Assembly (NCBI RefSeq): GCF_046119375.1
Contig: NW_027362765.1
Location: forward strand, 118,792,001 to 118,856,000
DNA: 64,000 nucleotides
Direction of reading: 5' to 3'
Origin: Phyllobates terribilis
Lineage: Eukaryota
Made by a program: the position numbers and the translations under genes. The notes under the pieces are model-generated. The model saw nothing but the letters and a program-made list of their open reading frames with translations, did not search any database and was not told where the DNA came from. Below, one piece after another: positions 1 to 11,477 of this stretch (position 1 is the first letter of the stretch; every line of letters starts with the position of its first letter).

Positions 1-470
1 CTGTGCTGCCATCTTCCAAAATGTGGGTGCTGCTCGGCACATGGGGGGAGGGGGATAAAGATATTTCTGTGCCATGGATTAAAGACCGGCTGCTGCCAGG
101 GCAGTGAGGACAAGAAGGCCCTGGCAGTCTACCGGCTATGCCGGTGCATGTAGTAACTTCTCACGTCTTCCAAGCTGGACTCCAAATACCTCTCCTAGTT
201 CGCAAGTAGTAGCTTGTACCAAAAAGCTGACAATCTAATTGTATCCACATAGACTGACACAGGATGAGACGTTTCGACCTTTCTTAGTTCCCAGAGGTCA
301 GAAGCATGCTCAACACAGGTGCCAACTGGCCGTGCCAGGGCGATCCACACAGCGCCACTCTATGGCCGTACCTCATAGGACATGACCCTCATTCCACAGT
401 ACAGGGGGGCACGAGAGGGTTGGGTGCCTATAAGGGTGCATATGTTGACGTATGATAATTTCCATTACAG

Positions 471-567
471 ATGTTGTCGCTTCTGGCACAGAGGTCGCCA
501 CTTTTGGCTAAAATGAGGATACTAGGAGCTGTCAGCGTGAGGGCAGCCCACGGCCATGGGGACAGTG
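471..567 (+). CDS. COX4I2: Cytochrome c oxidase subunit 4 isoform 2, coding exon 1 (mitochondrial targeting peptide)
   Basis: cag|ATG at 471; MLSLLAQRSPLLAKMRILGAVSVRAAHGHGDS; donor G|GTAAGT. Join 471-567,1575-1733,2450-2581,2659-2795 = 525 nt, 174 aa, phases consistent. Isoform 2 assigned by adjacency to BCL2L1/TPX2 (known synteny). Confidence 0.9.
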
Positions 568-1329
568 GTAAGTAAAATCATACGAAACTGGGTGAAGATG
601 ACCTGAGAGGCAAATTAACAGGAGTGGGAGCCCGAAATGAGCCACATATAACTCCAGAATGGCTCTTGAACAAGGAATGTTTGGGAATGAGGCATGAGGG
701 ATCATAAATAATATTCGGAATGTAAGAGCTTCCTGAAATAAGAAGTGGCGTGCCTGTACCTAGCATTGCGGTGCAGAATGAGGCGGGAGGCTCCTGTGGA
801 TATCCCATAGAATCAGGCACCTTTAATAAAATCAGTTAATGAGACAGCTGTAAATAACAAGGACACAAACGTGAGGCGTCTGTAGGAACAGCTTATCATA
901 CAGAATGAGGCATGAGGTACATCCAATATAATGCATGAATTGAGACTGAGGAGAGGAATTGTGACGGGCCCAGAATGAGCCATAAGACGCCTGTAATGAG
1001 TGTCCGAAGTGAGAAGAGCACAGAACGAGGCGCGAGGCTCCTGCACCTAGAGTCACTAACAAACGACATGTACAAGTGTGTGAACCTCAGATCCCAAACC
1101 AAAAAGGGTTGTCAGGAGTTTCTCTAATTCTAGGTTACTACCAATGACAACAGTTCCTCCATCAAAACCCCCTAAAAACACCGGACATAAAGCATCATGG
1201 GTTGACAATAGCCGGATGGGAAAATCCTAGATCAAAAAGCCTCACAAGCCTATCTTTATAGGTAATGATAAACCAAGCCACAGCCTCTCAGATAGAAAGC
1301 AGAAAGGGCATGACATTTACAAGAAACAA

Positions 1330-1532
1330 ACTACTACTATAAAACTATATACAAGAATATAAATACTATAATACTGCCCCCTATGTACAAGGATATAACT
1401 ACTATAATACTGCTTCTAATGTACAAGAATATAACTACTATAATACTGCCCCCTATGTACAAGAATATAACTACTATAATACTGCCCCCTATGTACAAGA
1501 ATATAACTACTATAATACTGCCTCCTATGTAA
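1330..1532. repeat. 36-bp minisatellite (TATAACTACTATAATACTGCCCCCTATGTACAAGAA)n in COX4I2 intron
   Basis: About 5 degenerate tandem units; same family as 17698-18716. Confidence 0.9.
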
Positions 1533-1574
1533 AAACATTTTTACAATATTGTGACATATTTTTTTGATCATTAG

Positions 1575-1733
1575 ATGCGGTACCATATTACACAAAGCCG
1601 GCATATTTTGACCACCGAACTTTACCATTACCTGATATTCCCTTCCAAGATGGTCTTGGCTCTCAGGACAAGGCTCTTAAGGAAAAGGAAAAAGGACCTT
1701 GGAAGCAGCTGAGTCCAGAAGACAAGATATCAC
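1575..1733 (+). CDS. COX4I2: COX4I2 coding exon 2
   Basis: ttag| ... |gtaatg; AVPYYTKPAYFDHRTLPLPDIPFQDGLGSQDKALKEKEKGPWKQLSPEDKIS is a typical COX4 matrix domain (ALKEKEK motif). Confidence 0.93.
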
Positions 1734-2449
1734 GTAATGTACAGTGTGATCAGGATCTGTTCTCTACTGGTTCCCATTACTGGGACTCTTGATGTGACTG
1801 GAATTGGACCAGTGATGGAAATCTGTGGTTGTTGTGGACATGGTTTACATGATCTGTAGCTTTAAAAATAGATACAGGTCCAAGCTCAAAGACCACAGTT
1901 CTGATCTGCTGATATGCTTCTATGGTATATGAGGCGATAATTGTGGTTGAATTTGCCCTTCATGCACTTGCCTTGCCATACCTGACAGTCACCATTAGGG
2001 TGCTCCAGTTTGGTTTAAAAAAATAAATCTATATTGCTAAAGCTAAAAATGGCACAAGTGTTGAATTTAAAGGGAGTCTATCAGCACAAAATGACTGTTC
2101 AAACCAAGCACAGGTGCTCAGTGCACCCTCGGTGTGGCTGAGAAGGTCAATGCATCTTCCCACCTACTTGTTTTGCATCTATCTCTTCTTGATTGACAGC
2201 TCTGACTTTACAGGAGTTAGAGAAGGATGTAAAGCATGTAGGTGGGACAATGCACACAACTGTCTGGCTGCACCAAGGGTGCACCGAGCGCCTGTGCTTG
2301 GTTTGAAGAGTCTTCTTGTTGTGATAAACCTAAGGTAACAGACAGTCAAGGACTGTTTTGACCCTTGCTATGGTGCGTACCTCATTGGGGTAAAGTTGAT
2401 CCTTTTTTGGTGCTGCTCTAACCCTTTTTTTTCTCATTTTCCCCTATAG

Positions 2450-2581
2450 TTTACCGCATCAAGTTTAACCTCACGTACGCGGAGTTGAATAAACCATCCA
2501 ACGAGTGGAAAACTGTATTTGGTGCCCTATTCTTCTTCTTTGGTATAACAGGACTGATAGTGTGGTGGCAGAGAGTACATG
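2450..2581 (+). CDS. COX4I2: COX4I2 coding exon 3 (transmembrane helix)
   Basis: Polypyrimidine-tag| ... |gtgaga; [44 protein letters not shown]. Confidence 0.95.
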
Positions 2582-2658
2582 GTGAGAATAATATGGGAGA
2601 CTGGGCTTTGTAGGAACTGTTTATAGTGGGACTGATACCATGTTTTCTGTCCATGTAG

Positions 2659-2795
2659 TGTTCCCCCCTCTCCCACACACCCTGCAGGAAGACTGGATAG
2701 CAATGCAGATTCGCAGAATGCTGGACATGCGTGTGGGGCCCATTGAAGGCTTCTCCTCCAAATGGGACTACGAAAAGAATGACTGGAAGAAATAA
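2659..2795 (+). CDS. COX4I2: COX4I2 last coding exon
   Basis: gtag|; VFPPLPHTLQEDWIAMQIRRMLDMRVGPIEGFSSKWDYEKNDWKK*, a hallmark COX4 C-terminus; TAA at 2793-2795. Confidence 0.95.
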
Positions 2796-2868
2796 GAAAA
2801 GATAGGAGCCACAACAAACCCTCTGTAAACAGCTAACAGTCCATGTACTATTTCACCAACAGTCTGCA

Positions 2869-2874
2869 AATAAA
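2869..2874 (+). terminator. COX4I2 polyadenylation signal AATAAA
   Basis: AATAAA 73 nt after the stop codon. Confidence 0.7.
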
Positions 2875-3019
2875 CTCTGTCAGTAATCCACAAGATCAGG
2901 TGTGCACGTGTCTTCTGTCACTGACAGTCCTATTGGGGTCAATTTCTATTCCATGCTGGTAGCCCCACAGCTAATGATAAACTACAAGCAACTCATGGCT
3001 GCTTGCAAGTGTTTGACTC

Positions 3020-3481
3020 CACCAGCAGAATTAGGAGTGCAGCTCTAGAGTATAGTGTTCATGCATTACATTACTTGCCCTGTACTGATCCTGAGTTACA
3101 TCCTGTATTATACTCTAGAGCTGCACTCACTATTCTGCTGCTGCAGTCACTGTGTACATACATTACAGTACTGATCCTGAGTTACATCCTGTATTATACT
3201 CCAGAGCTGCACTCACTATTCTACTGGTTAGAGTCACTGTGTACATACATTACATTACTTATCCTGTACTGATCCTGAGTTACATCCTGTATTATACTCC
3301 AGAGCTGCACTCACTATTCTGCTGGTGCAGTCACTGTGTACATACATTACATTACTTATCCTGTACTGATCCTGAGTTACATCCTGTATTATACTCCAGA
3401 GCTGCACTCACTATTCTGCTGGTGCAGTCACTGTGTACACACATTACATTACTTATCCTGTACTGATCCTGAGTTACAGCC
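3020..3481. repeat. ~90-bp dispersed satellite (CTGTACTGATCCTGAGTTACATCCTGTATTATACTCCAGAGCTGCACTCACTATTCTGCTGG...)
   Basis: About 5 tandem units; further arrays at 5500-5690 and 45620-46098. Confidence 0.9.
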
Positions 3482-3594
3482 TGCAGATCTTTTATTACAA
3501 AAATTAAAAAATATAACAATAATAAAATATCAATCATGAAAATGATAATCAATATTATGAAAACTGGTCCAGCCGCTCATTCTATCAGCACATA

Positions 3595-3815
3595 CAGTAC
3601 AGACCAAAAGTTTGGACACACCTCATTTAATGATTTTTCTGTATTTTCATGACTATGAAAATTGTACATTCACACTGAAGGCATCAAAACTATGAATTAA
3701 CACATGTGGAATTATATACTTAACAAAAAAGTGTGAAACAACTGAAAATGTCTTATATTCTAGGTTCTTCAAAGTAGCCACCTTTTGCTTTGATGACTGC
3801 TTTGCACACTCTTGG
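3595..3815. mobile_element. Solo terminal fragment (TIR) of the DD38E Tc1-like family
   Basis: TA|CAGTACAGACCAAAAGTTTGGACAC..., near-identical to the 9175 end of the full element; truncated at CACACTCTTGG. Confidence 0.9.
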
Positions 3816-3899
3816 TTTTTTCACTTTTCACTCTTTGTATTGAAGAACTGAAATAAATTAACTTTTTGATGATATTCTAGTTTAGTGAGATGCACCTGT

Positions 3900-5490
3900 A
3901 TACTGGACTCTGGCAAGCAGTCATTGCCAGAATTGGCTTCATTGTTTGTCGATTTATCTAAGACTGTTGCTTGGTTTTTGGTTGTGTGCAAATTCTCTCC
4001 TTCTCCTACTTTTGGTTTTGCCCATCCTTCACTCCCCGATGTTCCCATTTGTTTTATGAGAGCATAGTGGTATGATTGGTATTTTCCTTTATCCCTGTTC
4101 GTATTACCTTCTTAGTCTGGTTGCCATATACTACTACTCCCCTCTTCTCTGGGTTGGGGGAGGGAACAGACTGAGGGTGGATTCAGGAGTTCAGCAAGGT
4201 ACGTGGCCCCGGCGTCTTCACCATTAGAAGTAATCTGGGTAGCATGGATAGCTAGGGCACCCATAGTGTTAGGGACTGGGAAGCAGCACTTGGCCCTGGA
4301 ATATCTGACAACAGAGTCATGACATTACCATTCCCAACTCTTGCACCAACCTGAGGGCTGGTCCAACCTCCATAGTTTTTCACCCATACACCCCAGTGTC
4401 CCACAAGAGGAACCAAACTCTGCCCCTTTTCCCACCACCCAACCTAACATCTGCACCCATATCTATATCCCTATATACAGAAACACAACACAAAAACCAC
4501 AACCAGCAAACCCCAAGTTTGGTACCTGCAGCCCTATCTCACTGTGTACTAACCAAAACAAAACATTACAGTGTCAGCAGCAGCACCCACCAGGAAATGA
4601 GGTGACTAGATTAGGGGACACTAAAAGAAAAGCCCCTCCAGAGGAGAGTGGCCCTACGTGTGCCCATCTCTCTGATACTCCAGAAAGTGCATCTTTACCC
4701 GGTCACCAAGTATGGTACTAAACACATCGTCTACTGGGAGGATTTTCCAATAGTAAGCAATGTAGGTTCCACGTGTGCTACCTAACCACTATGCTAACTA
4801 GAATTAAGGTGCAGCGATCCCGACCACCCAGGTCCCCGAATGATCCATAGACCCATTCTGCATAAGGGAGACTGGCCAGCCAATGGAGACGCCCACCCTG
4901 TTGTACACATCTGTGTTAAGTGAACAATGAAGCAGGAAACCACACTCCACTTCAGGTGGTCTCTCACAGTTTCACATGGAAGCAGCGCCAAGTCCAAAAA
5001 CTTCAAGAAGATCCTGATAGAATTCAAAGGATGTAAACCCACCCCAAGATCCTGAGTTGGGCAATCCCTGAGCGCCAGAGGCTTCTGAAAATCCATCAAC
5101 AGAACCCTTTTGTCAAGGAGCTTCCTCGGCAGAGTCTTGATCTCCCACATTCCCAGACCCCACCGGCGAATTACCTGTAGAACCAGAGTGTTGTATGTCG
5201 GAAGATGTTCATGCGGTATTTCTTCACTAGCCCTCAGTTCTCCCATTCCTGGAAGAAAGGCTGAAACAATCATCTACAGGAGAATACACACGGAGGAGCC
5301 CTCTCTTTCCAGAGGTTTGTAATATTGATTTTAATGAAGATATTCACAAGGAATACCATAGGGTTGACCATACCCAACCCTCCTAGTCTCCTCGTATGGT
5401 AAGTAACCTCTCTCGACCAGGTTCAGTCTATTCCCCCATAACAGTTGGAAGAAAAAAAAACTATAGACCCTAGTCCAGAGAAGCTCTGGC
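3900..5490. mobile_element. Degenerate LTR-retrotransposon-like relic (LTR-like segment ending GTCATGACA at 4324 plus adjacent sequence)
   Basis: Segment ends in a TGACA terminus and resembles frog Gypsy LTRs from memory; no diagnostic protein motif recognised; boundaries approximate. Confidence 0.35.
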
Positions 5491-5499
5491 AAGATGTAC

Positions 5500-5690
5500 T
5501 TACTTATCCATTATTATACTTCAGAACTGCAACACTATTCTGCTGGTGTATTCACTGTTTACGTATATTACCACCTATTATGCAGCAGCGTACTGCACAC
5601 ATTACTATTCCTGTAATGATTCTGAGTTATATCCTGTATTATACTCCAGAGCTGCACTCACTATTCTGCTGGTGGAATCACTAAATGTGT
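5500..5690. repeat. ~90-bp satellite, degenerate array
   Basis: Same unit as 3020-3481. Confidence 0.8.
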
Positions 5691-6817
5691 AAATTACATT
5701 AGCACTTAATAAAGGACAGCATTTAAATGGGTTTTCTAGGGAATATAAATGCTGTAATGCCACAGTCGGCAAAAAATAAGAAAATATAGTAGGTGAAACA
5801 AGTATTAAACACGTCACCAATTTCCTAATTAGATATATTTCTAAAGGTGCTCTTCACATGAAATTCTCAGCAGATGTCAGCACAACGCATCCAATCCACA
5901 AGGCAAAGAAATCAAACTATAGATGTCCATAAAATTAAGTTATGTATAATAATGAGATTTATTTAATACTTCGTACAAAAGCTTTGTTGGTGATGACAGC
6001 TTCAAGACGCCTCCTGTATGGAGAAACCAGTCGCAGGCATTGCTCAGGTGTGATATTGGTCCATTCTTCCACACAAACACTCTTCAAATCCTGAAGATTC
6101 AATGGGCTCCTTCTATGAAGTCTGAGCTGTAGTTCCTTCCATACATTTTCTATTGGATTCAGTTCGGGTGATTGGTTGGGCCATTCTAGCAGTTTTATTT
6201 TCTTTCTCTGAAACCAATTGAGAGTTTCCTTGACTGTGTGTTTAGGATCATTGTCTTGCTGAAATTCCACCCTTGTTTCATTTTCATCATCCTGGTAGAT
6301 GGCAGCAGATTTTTATCAAGAATGTCTTTGTACGTTTGTCCATTCATCCTTCCTTCAATTACATGAAGTTTGTTAGTGCCCAGGGCTGGACATATCGCCG
6401 GTGCAACTGCATAGAGGCCCGGAGGTGGAGGAGGACACCCCACAGTACCAGTGACTATTTCAGTTGGATGTGCGTCAAAAGACGCACATTCAGATGAAAT
6501 GTATTGCAATGCTAGAACCCGCTGGCTCCCTGCACTGCAATACACACCAACAGCCAATCAGACACCAGCAGCTGACTTCATCAGTGACATCATGCGCTAT
6601 GATGGGGACGCCAAAGTCAGCTGCTGGCTCCCGCAACGGTTATGGAAGAGAACACCGCACGGCGTGGGAGAAAGTGAGTAGCATTGATTGTTTATAATGT
6701 AAACCAGGGCACATTATAGCAGGATGGGGCAGATTATGCCAGGATGAGGCACATATATACGTTGCTGGGACACATATATATTTGGATGGAGCACATTATA
6801 CCAGGATGGGGCATATA

Positions 6818-7686
6818 CACTGCTCAAAAAAATAAAGGGAACACTTAAACAACACAATATAACTCCAAGCAAACCAAACTTCTGTGAAATCAAACTGTCC
6901 ACTTAGGAAGCAACACTGATTGATAATCAATTTCACATGCTGTTGTGTAAATGGAATAGACAATAGAAGGAAATTATTGGCAATTATCAAGACACCCTCA
7001 ATAAAGGAGTGGTTCTGCAGGTGGGGACCACAGACCACATCAGAGGTAGCCTGACAGCCACTAGGTACCGAGATGAGATCCTCAGACCCCTTGTGAGACC
7101 ATATGTTCGCCCTGGGTTCCTCCTAATGCAGGACAATGCCAGACCTCATGTGGCTGGAGAATGTCAGCAGTTCCTGCAAGATGAAGGCATTGAAGCTATG
7201 GACTGGCCACCGTTCCCCAGAACTGAATCCGATTGAGCACATCTGGGACATCATGATTCGCTCCATCCACCAACGTCACGTTGCAACACAGACTGTCCAG
7301 GAGTTGGCGGATGCTTTAGTCCAGGTCTGGGAGGAGATCCCACAGGAGACCATCCGCAACCTCATCAGGAGCATGCCCAGGCATTGTAGGGAGGTCATAC
7401 AGACACGTGGAGACCACACACAATACTGAGCCTCATTTTAACTTGTTTTAAGGACATTACATCAAAGTTGGATCAGCCTGTAGTGTGTTTTTCCACTTTA
7501 ATTTTGGGGGTGACTCCAAATCCAGGCCTCCATTGGTTAATAAATTTGATTTCCATTGATGATTTTTGTGTGATTTTGTTGTCAGCACATTCAGCTTTGT
7601 ACAGAACAAAGTATTCAATGAGAATATTTCATTCATTCAGATCTAGGATGTGTTATTTGAGTGTTCCTTTTATTTTTTGAGCAGTG
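6818..7686 (+). mobile_element. Internally deleted DD34E Tc1 element (nested)
   Basis: TA|CACTGCTCAAAAAAATAAAGGGAACAC ... GTGTTCCTTTTATTTTTTGAGCAGTG|TA; MQDNARPH and LNPIEHIW remnants; same family as 23115 and 43312. Confidence 0.9.
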
Positions 7687-7725
7687 TATATATATATATA
7701 TATATACGAGGATGGGGCACATATA

Positions 7726-8638
7726 CAGTGATGAGAAAAGGGTAACAATGTTTTGAACTTTTGACTTTCAGGCTCCATATCTCACCATCCACTAGAGCTT
7801 TTAACATGAGACTACCATCATTTTATAGACCTTCATCTTGGCTATCTCATACATAAATTTGACTTGCAGCTATTTAGCATATGATTAGTTATGCAGATTC
7901 TTGTCATGTCACTGCATTGTTACGGTTTTGCTCTTAAAAATCTAAATTTAAATTTTTAACATGTTATAAATCCACCTTAGGCTTTCAACACTACTGAATC
8001 CTTGTGGGAATGCCCTCGAACAGATTCAAGCATGTCTCGAGCTAAATCTGATCCCAGGTCTCTTCTACACGTTCCCAAAGATGGAGCATACTGGTCGACT
8101 CACTTGAGTATGTATGCAGCTTTTTCTTTAACTCTATCCACAAGTGTTCGATTGGGTTGAGGTTTTTGGACTGTGGGGGCCAATCCAGCACCTCTACTTC
8201 ATTGTCATTGAACTATTTCTACACCAATCTCAACTGCTGCAACACAATGTCATCTTTTTCATACCCATAATACACGAGTGTACGAAGCAACTCACCTTGT
8301 AGGATACTCACATAGAGTTCAGCATTGAGACCGACTTCGATTCTGGTCAAGTATCCAACGCCTTTGGCTGTGAAACAACCCTATAGCATCAGACTTCCTT
8401 CACAGTTCCAATAATTTCTCGATCCATAAGCCCCTTTTTTTCCCTTGTTTCTTCCAGATCCATTTGCACCCATCAGAGCCCAGTCTATTGACTTTGGTCT
8501 CATCGCTCCAAATCACCCGTTTCCAATCTTCTACTGTCCACTTTTCATACTTTTTTGCAAACTCGAGCTGAGTGGATGGTGATATATAGAGCCTGAAGTC
8601 ATAAGTTCAAAACATTGTTACCCTTTTGCCAGTTAGTG
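7726..8638 (-). mobile_element. Degenerate Tc1-like element (nested)
   Basis: TA-flanked; TIR core AAAAGGGTAACAATGTTTTGAACTT at both ends; degraded transposase-like sequence on the minus strand. Confidence 0.75.
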
Positions 8639-9174
8639 TATACAAGGATGGGGCATATTATATCTGGACGGGACAAATATATACAAGAATGGGGCATATT
8701 ATACAAGGATGTAGTAGTTTAGAAATTCTTCTGTAACCAATATCATCAGTATGTTTTGCAACAATAAGGTTGTGAAGGTCTTGAGACTACTCACTGGTTT
8801 TATCCATCATGAGATGTTTCTTGTGTGTTGCCTTGGTAATGAGACACCTTTTTATAGGCCATCCGTTGAACCAGCTGATATTATTTTTCACTAAGTGGCA
8901 GAATTGCTTTCTAATTATTGACAGATTTCAGCTGGTGTCATCATGACTTCCCTTGGCTTTTAGCACCTCTTTCTTCATGTGTTCAATACTTTTATCCTGT
9001 CATTTCTCATTATACATATCTTAATTTTTGGACATCTACGGTTTGATTTCTTTGCCTGTGTGGATTGGATGGGTTGTTACCAACATCTGGTGAAAATTTC
9101 ATGTCAATAGCACCTTTAGAAATATATTTCCTTAGAAAATTGGTGACTTGTTCAATACTTATTTCACCCATGTA

Positions 9175-10804
9175 CAGTACAGACCAAAAGTTTGGACACA
9201 CCTTCTCATTTAGAGATTTTTCTGTATTTTCATGACTATGAAAATTGTACATTCACACTGAAGGCATCAAAACTATGAATTAACACATGTGGAATTATAT
9301 ACCTAACAAAAAAGTGTGAAACAACTGAAAATATGTCTTATATTCTAGGTTCTTCAAAGTAGCCACCTTTTGCTTTGATGACTGCTTTGCACACTCTTGG
9401 CATTCTCTTGATGAGCTTCAAGAGGTAGTCACCGGAAATAGTCTTCCAACAATCTTGAAGGAGTTCCCAGAGATGCTCAGCACTTGTTGGCCCTTTTGCC
9501 TTCACTCTGCGGTCCAGCTCACCCCAAACCATCTCAACTGGGTTCAGGTCTGGTGACTGTGGAGGCCAGGTCATCTGGCGTAGCACACCATCACTCTCCT
9601 TCTTAGTCAAATAGCCCTTACACAGCCAGGAGGTGTGTTTGGGGTCATTGTCCTGTTGAAAAATAAATGATGGGCCAACTAAATGCAAACTGGATGGAAT
9701 AGCATGCAGCTGCAAGATGCTGTGGTAGCCATGCTGGTTCAGTATGCCTTCAATTTTGAATAAATCCCCAACAGTGTCACCAGCAAAGCACCCCCACACC
9801 ATCACACCTCCTTCTCCATGCTTCACGTTGGGAACCAGGCATGTAGAGTCCATCCGTTCACCTTTTCTGCGTCGCACAAAGACACGGTGGTTGGAACCAA
9901 AGATCTCAAATTTGGACTCATCAGACCAAAGCACAGATTTCCACTGGTCTAATGTCCATTCCTTGTGTTCTTTAGCCCAAACAAGTCTCTTCTGCTTGTT
10001 GCCTGTCCTTAGCAGTGGTTTCCTAGCAGCTATTTTACCATGAAGGCCTGCTGCACAAAGTCTCCTCTTAACAGTTGTTGATGAGATGTGTCTGCTGCTA
10101 GAACTCTGTGTGGCATTGACCTGGTCTCTAATCTGAGCTGCTGTTAACCTGCGATTTCTGAGGCTGGTGACTCGGATAAACTTATCCTCAGAAGCAGAGG
10201 TGACTCTTGGTCTTCCTTTCCTCGGGCGGTCCTCATGTGAGCCAGTTTCTTTGTAGCGCTTGATGGTTTTTGCAACTGCACTTGGGGACACTTTCAAAGT
10301 TTTCCCAATTTTTCGGACTGACTGACCTTCATTTCTTAAAGTAATGATGGCCACTCGTTTTTCTTTACTTAGAATTTGTATTATGGCAAGAAAAAAGCAG
10401 CTAACAGTCTATTCAGTAAGACCATCAGCTGTGTATCCACCAGACGTCTGCACAACACAACTGATGGTCCCAACCCCATTTATAAGGCAAGAAATCCCAC
10501 TTATTAAACCTGACAGGGCACACCTGTGAAGTGAAAACCATTTCCGGTGACTACCTCTTGAAGCTCATCAAGAGAATGCCAAGAGTGTGCAAAGCAGTCA
10601 TCAAAGCAAAAGGTGGCTACTTTGAAGAACCTAGAATATAAGACATATTTTCAGTTGTTTCACACTTTTTTGTTAAGTATATAATTCCACATGTGTTAAT
10701 TCATAGTTTTGATGCCTTCAGTGTGAATGTACAATTTTCATAGTCATAAAAATACAGAAAAATCTTTAAATGAGAAGGTGTGTCCAAACTTTTGGTCTGT
10801 ACTG
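9175..10804 (-). mobile_element. Full-length Tc1-like DNA transposon, DD38E (Intruder-type), 1630 bp
   Basis: TA TSDs at 9173-9174 and 10805-10806; 265-bp TIRs at 9175-9439 and 10540-10804; transposase ORF inside. Confidence 0.95.
9338..10354 (-). pseudogene. DD38E transposase, open for 338 codons but lacking its native ATG
   Basis: Paired-like HTH, GRPR motif, [24 protein letters not shown] with 38 residues between D2 and E. The ORF begins at GTG; the native start MARKKQL lies inverted at 10383-10403. Confidence 0.88.
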
Positions 10805-11418
10805 TAGAAGAATCAATTCTCAACTCTCACCAGTTTCTGCAGACCCTGTTCTGGCTCTCACCCAGTACACACTGGACTGTTCCTCCTGCTTTTGTCATTT
10901 ACACATCGGTAATGGCCACTTAGCCAAAAAACTGGTTGAGGCCAAATTGCCAGGGTAAGTTTTCTGCAGACAAATAACAAGCAGGGGCTGTTGGCAGCTT
11001 CGGCTTCAGAGGAAGCAGCTGATCGATCATCATCCCCATGAATTAGGAATTTCACGGATCCCAATGAAACATCTAGGCCACTAGAGCTATAGACCCCCCC
11101 CCTAAGACCACCATATGCTCTACTCTCATTCTAGAGAATCTCTTTAATTCCCCTACTGAAGTACCCCAAAACTTAGTGCCATACCCACGGCTTGTGAAAT
11201 ATTCAGGAAACAAGAAATTGTATAATGCCATTTTATTGCAACATGTTATTTGCGAAAAAAAAAAGAAAAATATCTAATAAATAAAGAGAAAATCTGACAA
11301 ATATGACAGTAAGGACCTGGACAATAACTTTATAATAAAATCATCAAAATAATAAGAAAGCAAAAAAAAAAAAAATAAAAAAACAGCCAAACAGGAGTAA
11401 TCCATTACAGAAAATGTG

Positions 11419-11424
11419 TTTATT
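11419..11424 (-). terminator. Candidate BCL2L1 polyadenylation signal
   Basis: AATAAA on the minus strand followed by a U-rich tract; implies a ~2.4-kb 3'UTR. Closer AATAAA hexamers also exist (e.g. 13548-13553). Confidence 0.5.
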
Positions 11425-11477
11425 AATTTTCACAATTGAATTGTGTTTATGTGAAGAGATTCTTACTCAGATCTTAA

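Larger units (their letters stand above)
5787..9172 (-). mobile_element. DD34E Tc1 element split by nested insertions
   Basis: Left TIR (TAGTAGGTGAAACAAGTATT...ATAATGAG, 5787-5956) is the reverse complement of the right TIR (9007-9172); transposase C-terminal remnant FQQDNDPKH...SPELNPIE (5959-6270, D-34-E). Confidence 0.85.

Noticed and set aside
471-2795. Calling this gene COX4I1
   Set aside because: Its position next to BCL2L1 and TPX2 is the known COX4I2 locus; the protein alone was not decisive.
4794-5273. 159-aa minus-strand ORF
   Set aside because: No domain or motif recognised and no splice context; probably part of a decayed retroelement.
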